The position numbers and the translations under genes were made by a program. From Elusimicrobiota bacterium (GTDB taxonomy: Bacteria > Elusimicrobiota > Elusimicrobia > UBA1565 > UBA9628), in contig DAHZHT010000005.1 of assembly GCA_027406905.1 (NCBI GenBank), forward strand, positions 50,080 through 114,079: a stretch of DNA of 64,000 nt, read 5' to 3'. Positions 1 to 8,871 of the stretch are shown piece by piece (within the stretch, counting starts at the first letter, position 1; each line of letters begins with the position of its first letter). The notes under the pieces were generated by a model. That model had not been told where the DNA came from. It did no database searches and was given only the letters and a program-made list of their open reading frames with translations.

Positions 1-2288
1 AAAAACATGCCTTAGTCCAAAGAGCGACCGGCCTTTTGGCGCCCTTCTGCGATAGAATTGGCGACTCCTTTAGAAAAGCCGGTTTTATCTCTTTTGACGG
101 TATATTGATTGAGGCCCGAAATCTACTTAAAGATAATCTAAAAATTCGAAGCGAAATCAAGCGCCGCTATCATTCATTCTTGGTGGATGAATTTCAAGAC
201 ACCGACCCTTTGCAAGGAGAAATTTTATTTCTCCTTGCGGAAGACCTCCATTCAACGGCTTTGGATTGGAAAAAAGTAACTCTGGGGCCGGGCCGAATTT
301 TCGTTGTTGGAGATCCCAAACAGTCGATCTATCGCTTTCGCGGGGCCGACATCGCCGCCTATCAAGATTTCACTCGAAAAATTTTATCTCAGCCGAAATC
401 CAAAGCCCTGTCTCTCAATCTCAATTTTAGAAGCAAAGCCGAAGTTTTGCGCCCGATCAATTCTCTATTTTCAAAGACGATGAAAGAAATCAAGGGGCTT
501 CAGGCCGCCCATCAAAATCTTGAAACCACGCAAAGTTTAAGTTCCGATCCCGCCTTTCAAATTATCAAGCTGAGTTTTTCCGGAGACTCGGCCAAATCCC
601 AGGATTTTCAAAAAGCGGAGGCGCAATGGATTTGTCAATGGATTGACGAAAATTGCGGGCCTCAAAAAAAATTCCGCTATAAAGATGTCGCCGTTCTCTG
701 GCGCACCCAATTGGGGAGTTCTTATTTAACTGAAGCCCTCAAGGACGCTCAAATCCCTTACGCCGCCCAGTTGAGAAATTCTCTTTATTCCTCTCAAGAG
801 TTTATTGATTTTATGAACCTCATTCGCGTTTTAGACGACCCTGACGATCAAATCGCCTTTAATGGAGTTTTGAGATCTCCGCTAACCGATACCAAAGACT
901 CAAATCTTACGCTTAATAAAATCAAGGGGAAAAGCGCGGAGGCTTTGGAAAAAACCCTCAGAAATCTTCGCTCTCAATTAGGACGGATACCGCTGCCTGT
1001 TTTTTTAGACCGCGTAATTAAAGAAACCGCCCTTCTTCCAATCGCGGCCAAAGCTTATCACGGCGCTCAAGCGGTGTCTAACATTCTCAAAGCCTCCCGC
1101 CTCGCCGAGGAAATCGCCAACAAAGAGGGATTGACCGCTCGGGAAATGATTGAGAGAGTCTTGCGGGAAGTTCAATCGGGAGAAGAAGAAGGCGAAAGCC
1201 CGCTAGCCGATGATTCGCTTGACTGCGTTCGGTTATTAACCATTCACAAAGCCAAAGGCCTCGAATTTCCCATCGTCTTTATCCCGCGAATATCTTCGCA
1301 AGGGCAATCCAATGAAATTCCTTTTTCTTTGGCGGACTGGAAAACCCAAACGGTTGGGTTTTATCTACCCAAGGCCAAAGCCGCTTCTTTAAATATGGCC
1401 GTCCTAAGAATCAGCGAAAGAGAACGGCTCAACCACGAGGCCCTGCGCCTTCTCTATGTAGGCCTTACCCGGGCCAAGGAAAAAATATTTCTCATTGGAG
1501 ATATGAGCTTTTCACCGGAAGATTATTGTTTCTCCCGGTTTTTATCGGCCGATTTAAGCCTGCCCTCCAAAGACATCAATGTCGATTCCTCGTTTTTAAA
1601 TCCCAAGCTGAATCGTCAAAAGCCTATAAAAAAAATCTCGATTACGCCAGAAAAATGGGCTTTAAAATGGAAAGACCGCTTTCAACCGACAAGCCTTGGG
1701 TCTCGCCCCTGGTCTTTAACCCCGACTCAAAACACAAGTCGCCTTTTTGACGAGACAGATTCGCTTCCCCGCTCAAATCAAGCCGCGGTTTTAGGGCAGC
1801 TTTGCCACGAGGCCTTACGAATTCTCGATTTTAAAAATCCCGGTGAGCTTCGGTCAATCATCCATCGCGCCGCGATTTTTCTATCACAACTGGATTTAAC
1901 CCCGCCGGAGCCAAAACTGATGGAAGAAGCTGAGCGATTAATTCACGACTTTTTGGGCTCCTCATCCGCTCAGACAATCATCCAATCCAAAATTCTAGGA
2001 AGAGAAATCCCGTTTGCCTACCAGGAAAGAGACTCCATTATCCGAGGGACAATCGATATGGTCTATCAAAATGGAAATGAAACGATAGTCGCCGATTATA
2101 AAACCGGACCGGCGCCTAAGTCTCAAGAAGAGGAGAAACTCGCTTTGAAACGATACCAATCTCAGGCCCGGATTTATCTTAAAGCCATTGAAAAAACCTT
2201 AGGGAAAAAAGCCAGGTTTCAACTTCTTTTCCTGCGCCGACCTGAAAGCCCGATATGGTATAATGAGAAAGACGTTTTTCAGGATTAA
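1..2288 (+). CDS. AddA/UvrD-family ATP-dependent helicase-nuclease, C-terminal ~750 aa only (5' end lies outside the window)
   Basis: Reading frame stays open to the window edge with no upstream in-frame stop. UvrD-type helicase motifs VDEFQDTDPLQ, GDPKQSIYRFRGA and TIHKAKGLEFPIVF are present. A C-terminal PD-(D/E)XK-like nuclease segment reads ...GTIDMVYQ...IVADYKTG. No Walker A motif, consistent with a missing N-terminus. Confidence 0.8.
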   Translation, partial: KHALVQRATGLLAPFCDRIGDSFRKAGFISFDGILIEARNLLKDNLKIRSEIKRRYHSFLVDEFQDTDPLQGEILFLLAEDLHSTALDWKKVTLGPGRIFVVGDPKQSIYRFRGADIAAYQDFTRKILSQPKSKALSLNLNFRSKAEVLRPINSLFSKTMKEIKGLQAAHQNLETTQSLSSDPAFQIIKLSFSGDSAKSQDFQKAEAQWICQWIDENCGPQKKFRYKDVAVLWRTQLGSSYLTEALKDAQIPYAAQLRNSLYSSQEFIDFMNLIRVLDDPDDQIAFNGVLRSPLTDTKDSNLTLNKIKGKSAEALEKTLRNLRSQLGRIPLPVFLDRVIKETALLPIAAKAYHGAQAVSNILKASRLAEEIANKEGLTAREMIERVLREVQSGEEEGESPLADDSLDCVRLLTIHKAKGLEFPIVFIPRISSQGQSNEIPFSLADWKTQTVGFYLPKAKAASLNMAVLRISERERLNHEALRLLYVGLTRAKEKIFLIGDMSFSPEDYCFSRFLSADLSLPSKDINVDSSFLNPKLNRQKPIKKISITPEKWALKWKDRFQPTSLGSRPWSLTPTQNTSRLFDETDSLPRSNQAAVLGQLCHEALRILDFKNPGELRSIIHRAAIFLSQLDLTPPEPKLMEEAERLIHDFLGSSSAQTIIQSKILGREIPFAYQERDSIIRGTIDMVYQNGNETIVADYKTGPAPKSQEEEKLALKRYQSQARIYLKAIEKTLGKKARFQLLFLRRPESPIWYNEKDVFQD

Positions 2289-2292
2289 ATTT

Positions 2293-2619
2293 ATGTTCTA
2301 TCATCTCATTTTAGCGATTCATGTCTCCGTCTGCGTCTTAATGATTCTGGTAGTTCTCCTTCAAACCGGGCGCGGAGCGGGACTAGCCCTTTTTGGGAGC
2401 TCGGGAGATTCGCTAATCACCACCCCGACCGGATCAAGTTTCATGCGCAATTTAACCGGGGCGCTGGCCGGAGCTTTTGCCTTTACCTCCCTTTTTCTCT
2501 CTCTGTTGTCGGCGAAAAGCGGAATGTCGAGCGTCACCTCTCGTTTTTCGCTTCCGAGCGCGCCGACAGCTCAACAGGCCCCCGCTACTCCACCTGCTTC
2601 TACTAATAAAAAGAAATAA
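2293..2619 (+). CDS. secG: preprotein translocase subunit SecG
   Basis: About 108 aa with two TM helices and the SecG signature LLQTGRGAGLALFGSSG. Internal ATG at 2293 is chosen because the longer ORF would overlap the upstream stop. Confidence 0.85.
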   Translation: MFYHLILAIHVSVCVLMILVVLLQTGRGAGLALFGSSGDSLITTPTGSSFMRNLTGALAGAFAFTSLFLSLLSAKSGMSSVTSRFSLPSAPTAQQAPATPPASTNKKK

Positions 2620-2629
2620 TTTCATTTAC

Positions 2630-2711
2630 GCGCGGGTGGCGGAACTGGCAGACGCGTACGTTTGAGGGGCGTATGCCGCAAGGCGTGAGGGTTCGAGTCC
2701 CTCCCCGCGCA
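2630..2711 (+). tRNA. tRNA-Leu, anticodon GAG, long variable arm, no encoded CCA
   Basis: Hand-folded: acceptor GCGCGGG/CCCGCGC; D-arm GGCGGAACTGGCAGACGCG typical of tRNA-Leu; anticodon stem TACGT/GCGTA with loop TTGAGGG; extra arm TGCCGCAAGGCGTGA; T-arm GAGGGTTCGAGTCCCTC. Sits directly after secG, as the leuU-type gene does in other bacteria. Confidence 0.85.
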
Positions 2712-2718
2712 AATTTTA

Positions 2719-3150
2719 ATGAGTTTAAAACCTATCTCCTTTAGCTGCCGCATCTACGGAATCCTGATCGAAAATAATAAAGTTCTGATGACGCGAAGCC
2801 GTTTTATCGACCGCGAATTCGTCAATTTTCCAGGAGGGGGTGTTGAAATCGGAGAGGCTCCGGAAGACGCCTTAATCAGGGAGTATCAAGAAGAAACCGG
2901 GCTCTCCATTAAAATCGGAAAAATTCTTTTTTCCAGCAAAAAACTTCATTTATCCACTCAAAGACCGATTCAAATCGTCAGCTCTTTTTGGAGAGTGGAA
3001 AAAACCGCAGGGAATCTCAAAGAAAACGGGAACAACGACGATGTGCTTAAGCTTTTTTGGGCCGAGATTTCTTCAATCCCAAAGAGCGAGATGTTCTCCT
3101 CCGATCGGGAGTTCGCCGATCTCTTGCCCGCTCTTCTTTCTTCAAACTGA
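2719..3150 (+). CDS. NUDIX hydrolase
   Basis: Nudix box GGGVEIGEAPEDALIREYQEETGL (GX5EX7REUXEEXGU). Confidence 0.8.
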   Translation: MSLKPISFSCRIYGILIENNKVLMTRSRFIDREFVNFPGGGVEIGEAPEDALIREYQEETGLSIKIGKILFSSKKLHLSTQRPIQIVSSFWRVEKTAGNLKENGNNDDVLKLFWAEISSIPKSEMFSSDREFADLLPALLSSN

Positions 3151-3496
3151 GAATTTTCCGAACATCCTCGGCAATTTGGCGTTTCAGTTCTTCTATTGAG
3201 TCAAATTTCTTTTGGTCCCGAATTTTTTTAATGAGAGAAACCTGGAGCTTGGCTCCATAGAGATTTCCTTTAAATCCCGGAATATAGACCTCAAAAACCC
3301 TTTTATTTCCCGCCACCGTGGGCCTTCGTCCTACGCTGACCGCCCCGAGCCGAACGCCCAGATTATCGCCGAAAACCTCGCCCGCATAAACCCCGTCTTT
3401 GGGTAAAACGGCCGGGCTGATTTTTAAATTAGCGGTGGGGTATCCCAGTTTTCGCCCGAGTTTATCTCCGGGCACGACCACTCCACAGTAGAACAT
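3047..3496 (-). CDS. ribF: riboflavin kinase, stand-alone RibF C-terminal domain with no FMN-adenylyltransferase domain
   Basis: GYPTANL and PTVAG motifs and end-to-end similarity to the RibF kinase half. Only 149 aa. Start codon overlaps the truB stop at 3496. Confidence 0.8.
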   Translation of the reverse strand: MFYCGVVVPGDKLGRKLGYPTANLKISPAVLPKDGVYAGEVFGDNLGVRLGAVSVGRRPTVAGNKRVFEVYIPGFKGNLYGAKLQVSLIKKIRDQKKFDSIEELKRQIAEDVRKILSLKKEERARDRRTPDRRRTSRSLGLKKSRPKKA

Positions 3497-4239
3497 CAGG
3501 ACTTGGTTTTTATTTCCGAAGCGACTTGAAACAATTTCATCGTTCCGGATTCCAGCAATTTTTTGATGTCTTCGGTCTTTAAATGCTTTAACGATTCAAA
3601 GTCAATGGCTTCATCCACGGAAAAAGGGCCAATTTTTTCTCTTCTTAAGGTTTGAACCATGGCCCCGCATCCGATCTTGGCTCCTATCGCTTCGGCTAGG
3701 GCGCGGACATAGGTGCCGCTGGAACAAAATAGTCGATTTTCAATCTCTCCGGTATGGGGATCGTAATTTAAGGCTTCCCATCGATAGACCGTCGATTTCC
3801 GCGGTTTTTCGGGAACGACGATTCCTTTGCGGGCATAATGGTACAGCGGTTTTCCTTTGTGCTTGACGGCGGAATAAATTGGCGCGGGAAGAGAAATCTC
3901 GCCCATATATTGGTCAAGAACGCGCTGAATTTCAGGCAATGTCAAAGCGGGGACGGGCTTTTTTTCAATAACGCGCCCGGTAATATCTCCGGAATCGGTG
4001 ATGACCCCGAGCTTGATTATCCCGTAATAAATCTTGTCCAAACCCTGCATATGGGCCTGGAGCTTGCGGGTTCTTCCCGCTAAAATAATCAGAAGCCCTG
4101 TCGCAAGCGGATCGAGAGTCCCGCAGTGTCCCGCCTTTTCATTTTTCGGAAAAAAACGCCTAAAGGCGCTCACCGCGTCATGAGAGGTCCATCCCACCGG
4201 CTTGTCAAACAAAATCATTCCCGCAAACTCGGGCTTCAC
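3496..4239 (-). CDS. truB: tRNA pseudouridine(55) synthase TruB
   Basis: GTLDPLATGLLIILAGRTRK catalytic-Asp motif plus PUA-like C-terminus. Canonical position after rbfA. Confidence 0.9.
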   Translation of the reverse strand: MKPEFAGMILFDKPVGWTSHDAVSAFRRFFPKNEKAGHCGTLDPLATGLLIILAGRTRKLQAHMQGLDKIYYGIIKLGVITDSGDITGRVIEKKPVPALTLPEIQRVLDQYMGEISLPAPIYSAVKHKGKPLYHYARKGIVVPEKPRKSTVYRWEALNYDPHTGEIENRLFCSSGTYVRALAEAIGAKIGCGAMVQTLRREKIGPFSVDEAIDFESLKHLKTEDIKKLLESGTMKLFQVASEIKTKS

Positions 4240-4580
4240 TCTTGATTCCTCAACTGATCCAATATTTTATCAATGCGGGAAGCCGTTGCGGGCGTCGCGT
4301 CATACTCAAAGATAAGCTCGGGCAAAATGCGGACGCTCCACTTTTGGCTCAGTTTTTGGCGCACATAGGGGGTAGCGCGAACAAGAGCTTTCTGGCAATT
4401 TATGCGCTGACGCGGGTTTCCCATCACCGAGTAAAAGACCCTCGCGGTTTTAATATCCCGTGATAAAACGATATCGGTGACGGTAATTAATCCCGAAAAC
4501 CCGGGATCTCGAATTGTCGGCAGAATAGCGACAATTTCCTTGCGAAGAAGTTCTTGAAGCCTATCGATCCTGGAAAACAA
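4236..4580 (-). CDS. rbfA: ribosome-binding factor A
   Basis: 114 aa KH-like protein. Sits in conserved infB-rbfA-truB order, with a 4-nt overlap with truB. Confidence 0.85.
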   Translation of the reverse strand: MFSRIDRLQELLRKEIVAILPTIRDPGFSGLITVTDIVLSRDIKTARVFYSVMGNPRQRINCQKALVRATPYVRQKLSQKWSVRILPELIFEYDATPATASRIDKILDQLRNQE

Positions 4581-4586
4581 GGCAGA

Positions 4587-7058
4587 TCAGGCGCTCTCAA
4601 GCCGCCGCGTTCGAGATTCTTTCACGAAAATTTCGAGAGTATCGCCTTGCTGATAAGAAACGTTCCCGTCAATTTGAATCCCGCATTCGAGATTTTTTTC
4701 TACTTCTTTGACCTCATCTTTAAAGCGCTTGAGATTAACGACCTTCCCCTCAAAAACTTTCGCTCCGTTGCGAATAACACGGGCAAACGCCCCGCGGGAA
4801 ACCTTCCCTTCCCGAACGAAAGAGCCCGCGACAAAGGCCTTTCCCTTGAGCGGAAAAATCTCCCTGACTTCCGCTTTTCCGACAACCACTTCCACAATTT
4901 CAGGAGCCAAAAGCCCTTCCAGCGCCGCTTTGACATCGGCAATTAAGTCGTAAATAATTTTGTAGGAACGAATTTCCACTTCTTCCCGCGCCGCCAGTTC
5001 TCGGGCCCGCGATTCGGAAGAGCTGTTAAATAAGAAGATAATCGCGTTTGAAGCCGAGGCCAAAAGAACATCCGACTCGTTAGCGCTTCCAAGTCCGGCA
5101 TGAACGATGCGCACCTGGCATTCCTTGGTCGATAAGCTCTCCAGGGAATCGCGCAAAGCCTGAAGCGAACCCTGAACGTCGGCTTTAAGAATAATATTTA
5201 AATCTTTTGTCACGGACCCCAGTTGGGATTTAAGACTGACCAGACTGACATGGCGTTGGTGGGCCAAAACCTGTTCGCGGTTGAGTTTTTGCCTCTCTTC
5301 CGCGATTTCCCGGGCTTCTTTTTCGCTTTTAACGACGCTGAAAATATCTCCGGCCTGAGGCGTTTTCGATAAACCGAGAACCTCCACCGGAGTCGCCGGC
5401 TCCGCTTTTTCAAGCCTTTTTCCGTGCTCATCGACGAGCGCCTTAACCTTTCCATGGCACAGACCCACAACCAAGGGATCTCCAATGTTGAGCACCCCGG
5501 ACTGAACAAGCAAGGTCGCCACGCTTCCTCTTTGAGGATCCATCTTCGCTTCCAAAACAATGCCGGAAGCCGCGCGATCATAATTAGCTTTCAAATCCAA
5601 AAGTTCGGCTTGAAGAGAAAGCATTTCCAGAAGATGATCGATATTGGTTTTTTTCTTGGCCGAGACATCGACAAAAATCGTTTTTCCGCCCCACTCCTCC
5701 GGATTAAGGCCGTGAAGGGCGAGATCCTGGCGAATCTTTTGCGGGTTCGCCCCGGGAAGATCGATCTTATTGACCGCGACTACGATTGGAACTCCGGCGG
5801 CTTTGGCGTGATCGATGGCTTCAATGGTCTGCGGCATAATTCCATCGACCGCGCTGACGACCAAAACCACGATATCGGTGACCTTGGCCCCGCGAGATCT
5901 CATGGCGGTAAACGCTTCGTGACCCGGAGTATCCAAGAAAACCAAAACGCCTTTCGGGGTCGCGACCTTATACGCTCCAATATGCTGGGTAATGCCGCCC
6001 GCCTCTCCGGTCGCGACATTGCTCGAGCGAATCGCGTCTAAAAGGGATGTTTTACCGTGATCGACATGCCCCATGACCGTAATAATGGGAGGCCGCGATT
6101 TTAAATTCTCCGAAGAATCTTTTTGCCCGCGGGCGGTCTCGATTTCCTCTTCTTTGTACATCGCCGTCACTTTCAACTCGTAATTAAATTCCTGGGCGAT
6201 AATCATCGCGGCGTCAATTTCAAGGCGCTGATTAATGGTGGCGAAGATTCCAAGGCTCATCAATTTTTTGATCAATTCATTGGGAGTAGCTTCCATTTTC
6301 TCGGCCAACTCTCGAACCGTGATGATGCTGGGAACTTCCAGAACCCTTAAAGCGGGTTTAGCCTGAACCGAGGGAGAAGCGGGCGGAGCGGAAAGATTAA
6401 GAGCGGGTTTGGCCCCGGATTGAGGTCTAGGTTGAGGCTTTGTCGGAAGAGGATGAGTCTTAATGACTGGCCTTGGCTGAGCCGGAGGAACCGCCTTTGG
6501 GGGAGCCGCCGGAAGAGGCGCGGTTTTAGGCGGAGATGAGGCCGGAGTCGATTTTGGAGTCGGCGCGGGCGGGGCTGTCGCAGCGGAAGCCTGCGGCGCA
6601 TTTTTCTTAGGCTCTTCCGCAACAGGCTTAGATGCCGCGGGGACGGGATGAACCTGAGCCACCGGAGCCGGAACCGGAGATTGAGCGGGAGAAACTGGGG
6701 GTTTTTCCTTGGCTACCGGATTGGGAGTTCCCTTAAACCCCGTCGCCGGAGCCAAGCGCGCCACTGAAGGAACCTGCCTGGCGGGCCCGGATTTCCGCTT
6801 GAATAAATCAAAAGCCGAAACTAAATGAGAAGTTGGGGGAGCAATCGAACCTTCCTCGCTTAAAGCCCTTTCTTCCGCGCGAGCCTTGACAATAGAAGGC
6901 TTGGCGGAAGTTTTTTTCTTGGGAGAATCCGACTTGGCTTTCTTTGTCGACTCTCCTTTCTCCAAAGTGGATTTTTTGGCGTGCGGAGTTTTGGCGGATT
7001 TTTTCTCTTTTTCAGCTTTTTCTTTAGGTTCAGAAGTTTTTTTGGCTTTGGGAGGCAT
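4587..7058 (-). CDS. infB: translation initiation factor IF-2 with Pro/Ala/Lys-rich low-complexity N-terminal region
   Basis: G-domain motifs GHVDHGKTSLLD, DTPGHEAF and NKID. Domain order matches IF-2. N-terminal ~300 aa is low complexity. Confidence 0.95.
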   Translation of the reverse strand: MPPKAKKTSEPKEKAEKEKKSAKTPHAKKSTLEKGESTKKAKSDSPKKKTSAKPSIVKARAEERALSEEGSIAPPTSHLVSAFDLFKRKSGPARQVPSVARLAPATGFKGTPNPVAKEKPPVSPAQSPVPAPVAQVHPVPAASKPVAEEPKKNAPQASAATAPPAPTPKSTPASSPPKTAPLPAAPPKAVPPAQPRPVIKTHPLPTKPQPRPQSGAKPALNLSAPPASPSVQAKPALRVLEVPSIITVRELAEKMEATPNELIKKLMSLGIFATINQRLEIDAAMIIAQEFNYELKVTAMYKEEEIETARGQKDSSENLKSRPPIITVMGHVDHGKTSLLDAIRSSNVATGEAGGITQHIGAYKVATPKGVLVFLDTPGHEAFTAMRSRGAKVTDIVVLVVSAVDGIMPQTIEAIDHAKAAGVPIVVAVNKIDLPGANPQKIRQDLALHGLNPEEWGGKTIFVDVSAKKKTNIDHLLEMLSLQAELLDLKANYDRAASGIVLEAKMDPQRGSVATLLVQSGVLNIGDPLVVGLCHGKVKALVDEHGKRLEKAEPATPVEVLGLSKTPQAGDIFSVVKSEKEAREIAEERQKLNREQVLAHQRHVSLVSLKSQLGSVTKDLNIILKADVQGSLQALRDSLESLSTKECQVRIVHAGLGSANESDVLLASASNAIIFLFNSSSESRARELAAREEVEIRSYKIIYDLIADVKAALEGLLAPEIVEVVVGKAEVREIFPLKGKAFVAGSFVREGKVSRGAFARVIRNGAKVFEGKVVNLKRFKDEVKEVEKNLECGIQIDGNVSYQQGDTLEIFVKESRTRRLESA

Positions 7059-7095
7059 AGGGTTATAATATCATTTTAGAAAAAACGAAAGGGGC

Positions 7096-8334
7096 TTAGG
7101 CCTTTTTCTCAAGACTCGCTTTGGCTTTCGCGATAATTTTTACCGCCATTTTATCGGAAATCCCTTCCACCTGGGTCAAAGATTCAACGCTTAATTCCGC
7201 GATTTTATTAACATCGGAAAAGCCCGCGCGAGCCAATAAATCCATCGTCTTGGAGCTTAAGCCCTCAATTTGCGGAAGAAGGGAATTTTCTTCCGACTTT
7301 TTCTCGATTTGAGACTTAATCTCAATATTCCAGCCAATCAACCGGCAAGCCAGATCTAAATTCTGGCCTTCCTTGCCGATGGCAATCGCGAACTGGGATT
7401 CCGGAACAAAAGCGATCGCTTTCTTGGCCGCGGCATCGATGATTTTAACCTGAGAAACCACCGCCGGAGACAAAGCGTTTGAAATAAGCTTCTCCGGCTC
7501 ATCGCTGTGAGCGATCAAATCAATTTTTTCTCCAGCCAACTCATTCATCAAGCTGCGAATTCTAGAGCCGCGCAACCCCACGCAAGCGCCAACCGGATCA
7601 ATTTGGGGATCATTCGATTTCACCAAAACCTTCGCCCTAAAGCCGGGGTCGCGAACAATGGAAATAATTGAAACCGTTTTGTCTTTAATCTCCGGCACTT
7701 CAATCTCAAGCAAACGCTCCAAGAAAAGAGGCGCCGCTCTCGACAAAAGAATCTGCGGAGATTGGGAGGCCCGGTCAACCCTTAAAATGACGCAACGAAC
7801 GCTCATCCCGACATTGTAGCGCTCGCGGCGAATCTGCTCTCGCATAGGGATAACGCCTTCCACTTTTCCCAAATCCACGACGATTGTGCGCTCGATAAAA
7901 CGATGAACCGACCCCACGGTCAACTGGCCTTCCTTGGGCTTGAATTCATCGTAGAGCTTATCTCTCTCGGATTCCCGCACCTTTTGGGTCAAAAGCTGCT
8001 TTGCGGTCTGGGCCGCAATGCGGGCAAAATCGGCGGCGGGAGCGGGAAAGCGAATCTCATCCCCAACCTGGGCGTCGGATTTTATTTTTCGCGCCTCTTC
8101 CAAACTCATTTCCATTTCGGAATCAAGCACGGCGTCCACCACTTTTTTAACGACGCGCGCTTGAAATTGCGCCGTTTCCGGGTCAATATTGGCCTCGATG
8201 ACGGCGTTTTTACCGACATATTTTCTCAACGAGCTGACTACCGCGCTCTCAATCATCTGGAGTATCTCGTTTTTTGGAATGCCCTTATCGCGCTCAATTT
8301 GTTCCAAAACAAGTATCAATTCCGATTTAGCCAT
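7096..8334 (-). CDS. nusA: transcription termination/antitermination factor NusA
   Basis: S1 and KH domains followed by C-terminal helix-hairpin-helix repeats. Position upstream of infB. Confidence 0.9.
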   Translation of the reverse strand: MAKSELILVLEQIERDKGIPKNEILQMIESAVVSSLRKYVGKNAVIEANIDPETAQFQARVVKKVVDAVLDSEMEMSLEEARKIKSDAQVGDEIRFPAPAADFARIAAQTAKQLLTQKVRESERDKLYDEFKPKEGQLTVGSVHRFIERTIVVDLGKVEGVIPMREQIRRERYNVGMSVRCVILRVDRASQSPQILLSRAAPLFLERLLEIEVPEIKDKTVSIISIVRDPGFRAKVLVKSNDPQIDPVGACVGLRGSRIRSLMNELAGEKIDLIAHSDEPEKLISNALSPAVVSQVKIIDAAAKKAIAFVPESQFAIAIGKEGQNLDLACRLIGWNIEIKSQIEKKSEENSLLPQIEGLSSKTMDLLARAGFSDVNKIAELSVESLTQVEGISDKMAVKIIAKAKASLEKKA

Positions 8335-8336
8335 AT

Positions 8337-8816
8337 TTAAATAGACAGATGGGCGGCTTCATTGAGGCGAGCCTCGTCAATTGCGTCAATGCTGAAAGAG
8401 AAAGTTTTCCCCTCGCACTCGAAAGCCACCTGCCCCTCCTGGCATCCCCGGATAATTCCGGAGAAATTTCGACGTCCCTCCAAAGGCTCTTTTAATTGAA
8501 TCTTGGCGGCTTTGCCGCTAAACCTCTGGAAATCTTTTTCTTTCTTGATAACGCGGTCGATTCCGGGAGAAGAGACTTCCAGGACATAAGAAGCCGACAA
8601 CGCTTTGGAAGAATCGATTAAACTGCCAATGCGATCGGAGAAATAGGCGCAATCATCGATGGAAACTCGCGGCAATTTATCAATATAAACCCTGAGAATC
8701 CATTGCGAGCCTTCCCGAACATACTCCAAGTCCACCAATTCCGCGCCTTCCTGTTCCAAGAGCGGGCTAATCAGCGTCTCAATTTTTGATAGATCCATAA
8801 TCTGCTCCAAAAGCAA
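8337..8816 (-). CDS. rimP: ribosome maturation factor RimP
   Basis: EVSSPGIDRVIKK motif. Position immediately upstream of nusA. Confidence 0.85.
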   Translation of the reverse strand: MLLEQIMDLSKIETLISPLLEQEGAELVDLEYVREGSQWILRVYIDKLPRVSIDDCAYFSDRIGSLIDSSKALSASYVLEVSSPGIDRVIKKEKDFQRFSGKAAKIQLKEPLEGRRNFSGIIRGCQEGQVAFECEGKTFSFSIDAIDEARLNEAAHLSI

Positions 8817-8871
8817 GGCCGCTCGAACTCCCGAGCGGCCTTAAGGCTCGTCTTATATTTATTATTGTATC

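Noticed and set aside
5424-6041. 205-aa plus-strand ORF and several other 60-130-aa ORFs lying antisense inside infB (4554..4946, 4708..4953, 5210..5581, 6123..6350, 6347..6622)
   Set aside because: They are fully embedded antisense within a strongly supported IF-2 gene, with low-complexity or Arg/Pro-rich composition mirroring the GC-rich coding strand. No independent motifs.
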